From Takakia lepidozioides (taxonomy: Eukaryota; Plantae; Bryophyta): a DNA stretch of 64,000 nucleotides. The stretch covers positions 12,338,001 through 12,402,000 of the forward strand of contig CM060734.1 in the NCBI GenBank assembly GCA_030704615.1. Reading direction: 5' to 3'. The notes below the pieces were generated by a model. It saw only the letters and a list, made by a program, of their open reading frames with translations. It was not told the origin of the DNA and did no database searches. This document shows positions 49,979 to 61,413 of the stretch, one piece after another. Position numbers and translations under genes: made by a program. The stretch's first letter is position 1, and each line of letters begins with the position of its first letter.

Positions 49979-50923
49979 GTGCAGGCAACCCTCGCACAAG
50001 TCACACCAAGTGACTTCCATGCTGCATTGCAAAAGATGGATGCTGAGGCCGTGGAAAATTCAGGTGATGAAAACCCCGTGTTATTACTTGAAACCTTGGC
50101 TTTGGAAAATTGGGTTGCACTTGGCATCATGGCAAATAAGAATGGCAGGTACCTGGAGAAGCTCCAGGAATTCAATACTAAAATGATTGAGGTACTGGAA
50201 GATGATGCCGAGGAGCTGATACAATGGGAAAAGAAGGGATCAGCCATTGAGGCAGCTCTTAGAATGGCGAACCCAGAAGATGACCAGACTGTCTCCACGC
50301 AGAAATCTACAAACACATCTGAAAAAGACTTCATCCCTTCTGTAAGTAATCACCCAATCCTTGGGCACATGATTTTACCGGATGAAGAAAAAGAGGCAGT
50401 GAGAGAATTCTGTGAACAAGTAGAAATCTCACAAGTGGAACAAGAAAGGGCATCAGGTGCCACTCCTGGAAATCTACAATTTGTCCCTTGGTTGCCTCCC
50501 CGTGCAGTTGAATTAGAGGTTGCCAATAACGATCACATGATGTGGCACCCACATGCTAATATCAATTTATTGGCACCCATTTCTATTGAAATGTGGGTCA
50601 AATGGGGCAACATAACTCCTGCTGAACGCAGTAGGTGTGCACAGGATGCTAAGGAGGGTTTTCAGAGAATAAAAAAGGAACCTATTGCTGTGGCATGGCC
50701 ACTAAGGACCTTCTACTACAAGCTCTGTGACAAAGGTGAGAACCTTACCCTGAGGACCAAAAATGACTTGCCGACTGGTTCGGCCAGATCCAAAAATCAC
50801 AAGAGTCAACTCTTCAACTGGCATCGTCCCTACATAAGATGTAACTGTGGACAAGGAGGGGCACCCTCTTCTTGCATTGGGAGTGTTGCTTGGTTTGACT
50901 GTAGTGTGAATGCACGGGAGTGA
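49979..50923 (+). CDS. Hypothetical 314-codon open frame, unknown family, probably TE-associated
   Basis: Long stop-free frame with protein-like composition: an acidic helical N-half and a Cys/His/Trp-rich C-half (RPYIRCNCG..C..WFDC). No family recognised; start and splicing unclear. Confidence 0.35.
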   Translation: MQATLAQVTPSDFHAALQKMDAEAVENSGDENPVLLLETLALENWVALGIMANKNGRYLEKLQEFNTKMIEVLEDDAEELIQWEKKGSAIEAALRMANPEDDQTVSTQKSTNTSEKDFIPSVSNHPILGHMILPDEEKEAVREFCEQVEISQVEQERASGATPGNLQFVPWLPPRAVELEVANNDHMMWHPHANINLLAPISIEMWVKWGNITPAERSRCAQDAKEGFQRIKKEPIAVAWPLRTFYYKLCDKGENLTLRTKNDLPTGSARSKNHKSQLFNWHRPYIRCNCGQGGAPSSCIGSVAWFDCSVNARE

Positions 50924-53157
50924 CATTACATTTTGTTTACCATTACGACCTGCATCACTATGAAGGGAGTGCCCGTCATCCCAACTGCAGAAATGATGTA
51001 TCCCTTCATGTAGGTAATTTCATGAGCGCACTGAGCTTATGCTTTGCCAGGAGAAAAATGGCTAAGTCATGACGGTACTTATTTTCATCCATGCGATGAA
51101 CGTTTTTCATCACTGGTTCTTGACCTAAAAGATCGCGGGTTGAGAAAAACGAAGAGGAAGATGACGGATGGCTCGTAGCAGCTGTTGCAAGCAGTGGTGT
51201 CGGCAGGGCAGCCTGTGTTAGGAGGTTGTACCTGCGCTGTGGGATCTTGCTTGGCTTAGGAAGCGGCATTAAGACGCCTCTGCTTGGTATTCTGTGTAGA
51301 AAGAAGCGGTGCCGCCTCTCTCATAGTGATGATCAAGTCCAGGAGATAGAAGCATGTGAGGAGAGCGGCGCACCACCACTGCCGCCAGTGCCTTGAAGAT
51401 GACAGTTATGGGCAGATGAGCAAGCAAGGAAAAGGCCAGCTGCTGAAAGCACAGGGAAGAGAGTCTGGGCACAATCAATGGGGGGGGAGGTAAAGCATGT
51501 GGAGTGCTGGCTGTATGGTATCTCAGGTTCTCTGTCATCAAGCTTCTAGCTGCTTTGTGTCTCCTTGTTATAGGACCAGGCCAATTCATGAGGAAGGATT
51601 GCATAGCGTAATCTGGTTGTCAAGCCACGGGATGGTCCAAGTGAAGAAGGGGAGCCATCATGGCGTCATAAGGTCTGGAATCAAGACAAAGAGAAAGGGT
51701 TGAAGTGGCTGCTGACGGGCGATGGCAAGGTGCCACCTTGACAGGCAGACCCACCGCTTCACTAGTGGATAAAAACAGATAAGTCTATGGACAGTGGCCT
51801 TTTTTTGGAGCGACTTAGAAATTGCTTTGGTAGATTTAGGACTGCCATCTTGGCAGAAGGGAAAAAGGTGGAGACATGTGACAAGAAAAAGTTTTTGAAA
51901 TTGGAATGGAGACTCTGGACTTCAAACCAGAACGTGGAAAGGATGGATACACCTGATGTTGTGATGACAGTGAGAGAAATGAGTGAAGAGAGAGAGAGAA
52001 AGAGAGAGTATGTTTGTCACTGAATTCAGAATGGTCACTGTTGTCTTCATTCTTGCATTTTGTTTCAGTGTCATAAACCTGGACACCATGCTGCCGTGTG
52101 TAGTGATACACTGGAACCAATGTAGATCTGGCTTGTTTGTTTGGAGAGATCAATGATGGTTAGCTGGAGCTGCAAAAACATGGAAAGGATAAGGTGATTT
52201 CAGTATGGGATCAGGATCTGAACAACTGCGTTCCACAGTTGAAGGGAAAAGAGGGATGTTGGGGTATTTGGGTTGAAGTCTGACAAAAGGGATGAGAGCT
52301 GTTTGAGCGATGGGTTCTTGGGAAAAGGGCAGTGTGAAGGGCTGAACATTGACAGACAGAGAGAGAGGCAGAGAAAAAGGGACAAGAGAGAGAGAAAGAG
52401 AGAGAGACTGATGGATGGGATGGTTGTGTATTGAGAGACCGAGGATGACTTCAAGGCTGGCTGCACTGGATGCCTAGCAGAGTGTGCATTTGCATTACAT
52501 GACAGATCTGCTGCTGTGAAGTAGTGGGGAGCCTGTGGACATAGACAGAGATAGAGAAACAGACAAAAAGGGGAAAAGAAAGAAAGAGAGTGAAAAAGGG
52601 GATTTGGGTAAGGAGAGAGCTGCAAATCAAAAGGGCTGTTGGGGGGTTGGCCAATTTGGGGAGATGAGATGAAGAAAACCTGAACCCTGAAAGAAACCAG
52701 TGCCCCTGCAGACCATGAAGATCTGAGCTGCCTCCTCCTAAATCTGTGTCACCACTACAAAAGGGGATTTCCGACCTGTCACTGCTCAAGTGGGCTTCAC
52801 ATAAATGATCGTGTTTACCGCTGCCATTGGGCTGATTGCATCACAAAAAATATCGTGCTAACATTGTTGGCACCGTGATCATAGGGCCAGGCTGTTGAAT
52901 AGAAGTAGAACCGAGAGCAAGAACAATTCAAGACTCCCCATCCATGTCTTCTCTTCCGCTGCGGCGTGGATGAGGATTCCGTGAACTCTGATCACGAACG
53001 TAACTGAGGGAAAACCCATATAACCGTGTGAAGATGGTTGGACAGGAAAAGAACGCTCCTCTCCCTTTCCTGGACAATCAGCTGGAAAAAAGGGGGGAAG
53101 TAGAGGGGAGTACCACGGATTTAGGATTAAACAGAAGGGGATTCACGCCCCTTCTTT

Positions 53158-53169
53158 TGGTATCAGAGC
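53158..53169 (+). promoter_or_regulatory. Primer binding site complementary to the 3' end of initiator tRNA-Met
   Basis: TGGTATCAGAGC directly upstream of the gag ORF. Confidence 0.9.
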
Positions 53170-56100
53170 TTCGTTAAAATCTTGATTTCTACTAGCTAGG
53201 GATCTTGACTGGTATTGGATGGTTTGATGGCAGGCAGAGACCACACACTGATTCCTGATGAACCAAGCATTGGAGATGTGCTGATTTGCTTCAGCAGACG
53301 CACACCAAATACCCACGCAGACCCTTGTTTGTACTTCTTCAACCCTGCTTGGAGAATAGCTAATGGTGATTTATGTCTTAGAGTGATACATGCTGGAGGT
53401 AGAACAACCATGGTGCTTTGGATAAGAGAGTTAGGAAGGTGGGAGAAGATAAACACCATGGCACGAGAGGTGACATGGGGAGGTAGAGTAGAGATGTTGC
53501 GAAACGGACAATGGGAGTGGTATAGAGGCCAGCATTGAGGGAGTTGCAGGAAAAATTAAAATCAAGATTAGGTATCAAACCAGTTAAACTCAGATTAGAG
53601 AATAGAAGGATGACCAGTCCAACTAGCATAGATGCGCCTTATCATGGTAGGAATAGTGAAGATGTAAATGACTGGCTAGAGAGAATTCAGATGGAGGCAG
53701 ATGTCTGGGATTTGAATGAGGACAAAACTTTCAAGGTAGCAAGGCTCAACCTGAGAGCCAAGGCTGATGAATGGTACCGTAAACAAAACCCTAGGCCAGA
53801 CAACTGGGAAGACTTCAGGGCAGCCATTTCAGCCAAGTTTGGTATCGTTGACTTGGCAGAAATTAGGCTAAGAATGGATACCATTAAACAGGAGAATAGA
53901 CAAAGGGTTCAAACATACTTCGATAGGTTGAACCGGTTATTTATAAGAAGTGGGGCGTCTGATTTGGAACAAAGGCGTAGATTTGCAGCGGGTTTGAGAC
54001 CTGAAATAGCAAGAGTAACGCTGGGCAGGCGCTTCCTTGATGTAGAGGAAGCACTTGACACAGCCATTGAGATTGAGAGGGGCCTGGGAAGGTTGGGAGA
54101 GATACCTCCAGAGCCATTGAAAGGAGATGATACAGATGAGTCAGTTGTGTTTGTCAACCCTGTGGACAGAAGACTTGATCAGCTGAACACTACCCTACAG
54201 AAGTACTTTGATAGGGCACCAGTCATAGGAGAAAGCTCGGGATCTAGAACACCACCTCGTGTTCGCCTTTGTAATGTTTGTCACAAAGAAGGTCACATAG
54301 CTGCATATTGTCCTGAAGGAAGAACCCAAGCTAAGTGTGACAAATGTCACCGGTTCGGGCATTCCACGGAGATGTGTGGTGTGAGATGCAACTTTTGCAA
54401 GCTACTCGGGCATACAGAGAGTGAGTGCAGTAGAAAACTCGACCAAACTATGATGGGAACTCCGGGAACTAACTTTGTAGATGTGTTTTATGATGATGAG
54501 GATGATGTACTCGCAGAGATGACAGATCTGATGTCACGAAATAGTATCAATGAAGTCAGACTTCCAAGGACACGCATACCTGTCCAGAGTCCGATTGTTG
54601 AACCTACAGGGTCACCAGAAATGAATAGTGAGAGCAGTGAACAGCCAAACAAAACCAAGAGTGAAATCTACCCAAAGAACAATTTCAAGAATGCTATAGA
54701 AGGAGGTACAAAATCCAGAATCTTGAACCACTTCTACAAAGGGAGAATATCGTTGTCTCCCATGGACCTGATCATGACTGTGCCCGGAGAGCTAGACAAA
54801 TTGAAAGGGCTGGTCAAAGTGGTGGAAAGGGCAATGGTCCAACAAAGGGAGACAACTCACAGTGTAGAAGTTGTGAAGGATGCACCAAGGCCTTTGTACT
54901 CAGCACACGCTGAACCCACGATCTCGTATGCTTATACTGGTAAGGTTAAAGCGCTTCATGTAATGATTACAATGGGAGATTACCAAGTATTAGGCCAGAT
55001 TGACAATGGTGCCATGCTTTCTGTAATATCAGCTAGTACAGTCAGGGATCTTGGTTTGATGGGATCTGTCATTACTAGTAAGGATGTGAATTACAGAGTA
55101 GCCTCAGGTGCTCTTGAGACTGCAATGGGCAGACTTGAGGACATCAAGGTCAAAGTAGGAGAACTGACCAATCGTTTGTCCTTTATGGTGGTGAACACGG
55201 ATACATATCACATGCTGCTGGGATTAGACTTTCTCAAAAAGTTGGCGTTGTAGTGGACACCGAAGCTGAAACAATTCGCGTACGCTATGGGCCAGGAAAG
55301 GATTTTGCTCACTTCCCTTTGCACACCATCAATTATAATGAGCCTGCAGTTACCAAAACAGCCTACCATAGAGGGGTCGAGAGTAGAATGAGATATGCAA
55401 GCAGTACGTCAGCAGGTAATGTCTTAACCCTGACGTCAGATGAACAGTACCTAGGCTTGTGGGAGAAGAAAAGAAAACCAGAGGAAGAATATGAGGACAC
55501 GGAGGAAGCATCCTCAGGTTCTGTCACCTCTAAATCTGATAAAGATGAGGAGATGGGAGGCTCTGAGGAGAGTAAGGAGGTAGAAACAGCACTGAGGGAT
55601 GTTGAGGAAATAATAGACGATGTCAACCTAGGGGAGGACTTGTTCGAGGACCAAGGGATGTCTGAACTCCTTCAGGAAGAGACCCATAAGAGTATGGCTG
55701 CTGCCATAATACATGAAGCTTACCAGAAAGCTTGGAATGGTGAACTAGGGAACAACAACCTAGAAATAGAGGATGACTTCCATGATTGGAATCAGGTTGT
55801 CACACAAGAGGAAGGACAGAGAATGGCTAACTCTGTAAGCCAGGTGGAGGGAAAGAGTTGGGAACCTAGTCAAGAGGAAGAAATGGAGAGTCGTTGGAGA
55901 AGTCTGAAATCCAGACTGCACATCAACCCAGAACTGGCCCCAGAACATAAGATAGAGCTGGAGCAAGAGCTGAAAGCAAACCAGGAATGTTTTGCTCTTA
56001 GCAAAGCTGACTTGGGATACTGCAGTGAGGTGGAACACACAATTGACACACAAGGTTTTCCCCCTTGCAGAAGTCGTCCCAGCCGCCTATCAGAATGGGA

Positions 56101-57105
56101 GGAAAACGAGGTACAGGTACAAATTGAAACTTTGATCTCACAAGGCAAGATGAGAGAGAGTAATTCAGAATGGTCGTGTCCTGTTACCCTTCCACCAAAA
56201 AAAGATGGATCTAAGCGTTTTTGTGGTGATTTTAGGCCAGTAAACCGATTAACAAGAAGGGACTCTTACCCTATGCCATTAATTCAGGATGTTTTGAACC
56301 AGTTGGGGAAAGCCAAGTGGTTTTCTGCTCTGGATTTGCAATCTGGTTTTTGGCAGATCAAAATGGACGACCGAGACATAGGCAAAACAACAGTGATCCA
56401 CCAAGAAGGGATTGTATGAATGGCTGGTCATGCCATTTGGGCTGAAAAATGCTACTGCTACCTTTCAGAGAACAATGAATAGGGTGCTCAAGGAAGAAAT
56501 CAAAGATTGCGCCAAGGTTTTTGTAGATGACGTCAATATCCATAGCAAGGACTGGGTAGATCACGTGGGGCATATAAAGAGAGTTCTGGGAAAGGTTAGG
56601 AGGGCCAATCTCAGGCTCAATCCGGACAAATGTTATTTTGCCAACCTACAGTTGGTGTTCCTTGGGCATGTGATCTCTGAAGAGGGAACGTGGCCTGATC
56701 CAGATAAGATAGCTGCAATTGAAAGATTTCCCTTGCCGAAAAACCACATTGCTCTCAAAATTTATTTGGGCATGACAGGGTACTATAGACCCTATGTCAA
56801 GGGATATGCTGGAGTGGCAGTTCCCTTGTTCACGCTAACCAAGAAAGATGAGAAGTTCATCTGGAGTGCAGAGGCCCAAAACGCCTTTTCTGCCTTACAG
56901 GTGAAGCTGGTGACAGCTCCCATCCTGGCAAGACCAGATTTCTTGAAACCTTTCATCCTAGATGTGGACTGGTCCATCAAAGGAGTGGGGGCAGTATTAT
57001 CACAAAAGGAGTATAAGAAGGAGAGAGTCATTGCATACGCTAGTAAGGTACTATCTGATGCTCAACGCAAATATCACCCTATGGAGGGTGAATGCTACGC
57101 CTTGC
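53158..57105 (+). mobile_element. Degenerate Ty3/gypsy LTR retrotransposon (gag-PR-RT-RNase H), truncated inside RNase H
   Basis: Gag with three CCHC knuckles (CNVCHKEGHIAAYC, CDKCHRFGHSTEMC, CNFCKLLGHTESEC). Protease IDNGA...LLGLDFL. RT RFCGDFRPVN, LDLQSGFWQI, VMPFGLKNA, FVDD. RNase H FILDVDWS..GVGAVLSQ..IAYAS..EGECYAL, then an abrupt switch to unrelated sequence. Frameshifts at ~53525, ~55240 and ~56400. Confidence 0.95.
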
Positions 57106-57959
57106 TCCGACATTACATCCTCAACCACCTCCACTTTCATCTCCTCCGCCAGCAGTACCACCTCCACCACCACCACCATCTCCACCTCCACGTGCATGTG
57201 CCCCCCGAACCCCTAGGAGGGGTTGGCTTCGCCCTAGGTTTCCTCCCCTTTGGCTTGGGCGGCCTGAGCCGGATTCTCGCCCCGGATGGGAAGCGCATAG
57301 GACTATGTTACTGAGGACCGTCTAGCCTTGTTGTTGGGGGAATCATCTCGACCCTCCCACCCCCATCCGAGAAAACGTGGAGTTCGAGTATTGGGGGAGA
57401 CGGTATGTTGTGAGAGCCATTACAGACCCTGCTATGGGTCGGGGTTTATTCACGGTCAATGATATTGTGGTTCCTCCTCGGAGAAACAACATGGTGGACT
57501 TGTTTCCCTACTACGGTCCATACTACACCTCCGCGGAGTTTCGTACATTACGCCTCGAAGCCCCATACATCCTACATTTTGTGTGTCAACGGACAGGATG
57601 TACGTAGACGGGGGTTGTCTCCCATTGAGATCAGATTTTGTGATGGTGACCCCGACATCTTCGGCAATGTTGCTGGGTTGGTCAATAGTTCTTTTGGTCA
57701 TCCTAGGAGAACCAATGTAGTATGGGACGAGCGAAGCGATGGGCATGAGAGCTTTTGTGGTCATACGTCAGTATACTGTGAGGGGATGCACATGTTTGTG
57801 ATGACATGTGCTAATAGGACTATTAGGGCTGGCAGCGAACTATTTGCATCATACGAGTTCTCCCGGGATGATTGGGACCTCCGATTACAGCGTGAGTGGG
57901 ATGTGTATGATAGAAATAAGGTTCCTTTGAGACAAGGATCGCGTAGATGGGCATTGTAG
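57106..57959 (+). pseudogene. Divergent SET-domain gene preceded by a proline-rich region; one stop and one frameshift, 5' end lost
   Basis: Joined frames give PPP-rich...RTV*PCCWG...DPAMGRGLFTVNDIVV..DLFPYYGP..(frameshift ~57582)..FCDGDPDIFGNVAGLVNSSFGHPRRTNVVW...VMTCANRTIRAGSELFASY. These correspond in order to SET motifs I (GxGL), II (YxG), III (normally RFxNHS..PN) and IV (A.R.I..GEEL..xY). Confidence 0.75.
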
Positions 57960-58971
57960 ATATTCTCATGATGTACTTTGTATACATCCGATTAATCGAT
58001 TGATGTTAAAAAAAAAATTGTTGCTCGTGTGGGTTGCAACTTTGCATATGTGATCTAAACATACTTATGCACATGTGGACCAAATATGAGCTTGAACCAA
58101 GTTGATTCAATGGTCATTCTAGTGTTGAACGCAGCTACGTGTCATAGAGACGGAAATTGTGTTTCGCCTGTAGATGATTTTTTTCTTATTCCATTTTTAA
58201 GCCATATGCTTAATGATAGCATATGCAATGTGCGTGCAAAATTTGGGAGTAAACAAAAGTCATTTGGACCCATAACCAGATTTTGTTCTCTCATTTGCAC
58301 TCCAAAGTTGAGTTATTTTCAACTTCATGCACTCTTCATAGAGAGTTATGCAAAAGTGACCCTAGAAACACACTTATTTTATTTCCATTCTTTTTTGTCC
58401 CATTTTTTGCATGGATGTAGTGGTGCAAAGCCCAATGTCACAAAACAAAATAGAGCTAAAAATAAAATCATTACGCCCCTCAAAACCGCAATCATATATT
58501 TTTTAAATGCAAATATTTATTTTAAATTCATTTAAATTCGATTTAATTCAAAATTGATGCAAGGGAAAGTGCGTCGTTGGGGAGGTTTTTTTTTATAAAA
58601 AAAATTATTAATATTTAAATTTATCTGCTGGATCTTTGTACAGGTGTTACACACATATTCAAGCACATGTAGGAAAAAATGAAGCTTGAGCCACATCCGT
58701 TTGTTGGGTGCAATGGCATGAGAGGATTTTCTTTCACATTAATAAACAAAAATTGGTTGATAGGGTGAATGCGTCATTGGGGGGGCAAATGATTTTGTTT
58801 GGGTTTGAAACTTTGCATGCGTGTACGTTGCGCACATACATGTAATTATTGAATGACATATTTGATGCACACACACATTGAAGGTTGTTGTTTGCATTTC
58901 GCTTATAATGAAGTGTATGGTTGCAAGGACACATTATAATATATGTCCTTATGTTCATTTGTTTGTATCAG

Positions 58972-60990
58972 GACTTTGTCCATCCCTTCCCGGTCCTTTC
59001 TCTTAGCACCCCATCCGAAAACAACCCAAGTACATCAGGCGGGAGTCGTGGGCGATACGCCGCCCCCACGGTACTGGACGATTACGACGATGACAGTGAC
59101 AGTGACAGTGACAGTGACAGTGACAACAACAATGAGCATGGAATTAACCAGGAGGATGTGCAAGCCATGGATGATCTCATGTGGGCGCTGATGCATCCCA
59201 TGAAGAGGGAACCCGACCAATCGATGATCCTGAAATGGCCCCCTCAAATGACATGGAGAGGGAGGCGAGAACTCCTTTGTACGAAGGGGCGAAAGTGAGT
59301 CGACTTTCAACAATCTTACTTTTGCTCAATCTTCAAATTCGATTTGGCATAAGTAATATTGGGATGTCTGCCATAATGCGAACTATTGCAGACTATATCC
59401 TTGCTCCACACTTGAAACCCAAGATGCGACGGTCGCGGAAAGAGGCGCGCAAAGTCTTGGACTCTGTGGGGATGGGCTATAAGATTTTTCATGCATGTCC
59501 ATGTGATAAAACCCTATACTACGGAGAGGATTCACATCTCACCAAGTGCCCAAAGTGCAAGAAAGACCGATATCGGGATGATGTCAAAGGGAAAAAAGTA
59601 CCACGCAAGGTATAAGCGTCATTCCCCCTTGCATGGAGATTACTTTCTTTAATCTTCTCAATGTATGTAATTCCACAAAGTTTAGGGTTTAGAGAGTAGT
59701 ACTTATGTAAGATCTGATTGTGGTTTTGGAAGGAGTGAGTGAGGAGTGGAAGGAGCGATGTTCGGTTTTGACCATTCACACCCAAATGAGGGAGATGCTG
59801 CATAAAGGGAAAGACATAAGGGTGTTGTATTATGTGTGCTAATGGGATGATGACATGTGGGGGGGCGTGGGATATTTCATCCTAGAAAATGCATTACTTT
59901 CCGATCATCCCGCGATTGAGGGCACAATACCGAAGCCCCAAATTGGCCAGACTCATGAGATGGCACGCCTCGCATCGGAGCCCCCCGGGAAAGGTGTGCG
60001 GGCCACAAGATTCACAAGCATGGAGGCATATTGAAGAGATGTGGCTTTTTCTCTTGGAGGACCCACGACATGTCCACCTCGGCTTCTCCTCGGATGGGGT
60101 CAACCCATTCTCTGTCCAGTCATGTAGTCATTCCACATGGCCGGTGACCATGGTAAATTACAACATCCCTCCGTATCTTTCAATTAAAAAAGGCCATATC
60201 ATGTTGGCTGCCATTGTACCAGGTGAGTGTACTCATTTCATGTTTATTATTGCCTTAGACTTTACATTAAACTTCTGATCTCTGACACAATTCAGATGCA
60301 AGATTGATTAGTGACATAATCATGGAGTAAGACGTGTAATTCATTTTGTAGTATAATTTGCATATTGGTGGAGCATTGAAACAATGATGTGAATGTCTCA
60401 TAGGGAAAAAACAAGTGGCAAACATGGACACGTACTTGCGACCTCTAATTGATGAACTTAAGGAGCTATGGAGGGGGGTCCCGGCATTGGATGCTTCACT
60501 TGACCCTATGGCCGGACAATCTTTTCAGATGAGAGGCATCTTGCTTTGGACAATGCATGATTATCCAGGTATATTATGTTCCCCATGAACAACCCGCGTA
60601 CATTCACTTGTCAATGCCAGATAATATCGATGAGGATTGGGATTGATTGAAGTAGCGGCGACAGTCTTGTGCACCGTAGTGGGGTAGATGGCATTATGGG
60701 CCGTGCACATGACAACTTTTTGTTTTTGCTAATGTGGCGGGATGTGTAGTACATGACTAACTATTTGCTTGGGGCTAAGCACCAAAGGGTACCATGCATG
60801 CTTGCATTGTGGCGATGATCTTGATGCACATAGCTCCCGCCATCTTCACAAGATGGTGTATCCCAACTACCGCAAATTTCATCATATGAGCCATCGATGG
60901 AGAAGAAGAGAGAAACACTTATTTGATGGCAAAGAAGAAGTACGTCCCCCCCCTATGACACCGTCCGGGCAATTTGTTTTGCAAGAATAG
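58972..60990 (+). pseudogene. CACTA/En-Spm transposase (Tnp2 / Transposase_21), intron-containing, frameshifted and 3'-truncated
   Basis: PLYEGA..S.LS, GMGYKIFHACPCD..LY..CPKC..RY, YFPIIPRL, LMRWHA, DPRHVHLGFSSDGVNPF..HSTWPV..NYNIPP, MDTYLRPLIDELKELW, LLWTMHDYP, GLSTKGYHACLHC. GT donors at 59610, 60283-region and 60569. Confidence 0.93.
59092..59124 (+). repeat. (GACAGT)5+ hexamer repeat encoding DSDSDS
   Basis: Read directly from the sequence. Confidence 0.9.
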
Positions 60991-61413
60991 GGCAGCCGGG
61001 CAGTTTGCGACGCCCGGCCGTCGCAGGGGCCTTTTGCCCTTCATGCCACCATGTGACGGCCTGACGTCGCAAGAAAGGGCTGCGATGAAAGAAAGGGCAA
61101 GAAAGGGTTTTTTTTTTCGGCGTGCGACGACCGGCCGTCGTCAGAAAGGGCTGCCTTCTGCCCTTCGCTGGGGGGCGACACTTGGGCGTCGCACGGAAGG
61201 GCTTCCTTTTGCTCTTCATCCGCCCGTGCGACGGCCAAGCGTCGCCGCCTGGCCCCGACGCCAGGTGGCGACCCGCGGGGTTTGGCTGCGATGGCCCGGC
61301 GTCGCAAACACGCTCCGTAGGGTTGGCATCGTACGCTCAGCGCCGCGCGGGGTGTGGGGGGTGTGGCTGGCATCGCAAAACAACCCCCCCCCCCCCCTCC
61401 ATTTGCTGTAGTG
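60991..61413 (+). mobile_element. CACTA right end: subterminal palindromic repeats and terminal TGTAGTG
   Basis: Six units of consensus TGCGACG-N6-CGTCGCA between 61006 and 61306, a C-run, then ...TTTGCTGTAGTG ending at 61413 (reverse complement CACTACAGCAAA). Gypsy integrase coding sequence resumes at 61414. Confidence 0.9.

Noticed and set aside
52753-52766. CACTACAAAAGGGG as the left TIR of the CACTA element
   Set aside because: It matches the right TIR (CACTACAGCAAA) for only 7 nt, the 3-bp flanks differ (cac vs gta), and there are no subterminal repeats or continuing integrase beside it.
55233-55255. Programmed -1 frameshift at C-AAA-AAG between the two gypsy ORFs
   Set aside because: The shift falls inside the protease C-terminus (LDFLK/KVGVVVD), the heptamer is not a full X-XXY-YYZ, and the element has other random frameshifts. 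A 1-nt deletion in an A run is simpler.
57106-57314. His-rich C-terminal extension of the gypsy RNase H ORF (HLHHHHHLH)
   Set aside because: It is an off-frame reading of the CCA/CCT-rich poly-proline segment belonging to the SET-like gene.
61006-61306. CRISPR-like or attC-like repeat array
   Set aside because: Eukaryotic context, irregular spacing and position next to a CACTA TIR identify these as transposon subterminal repeats.
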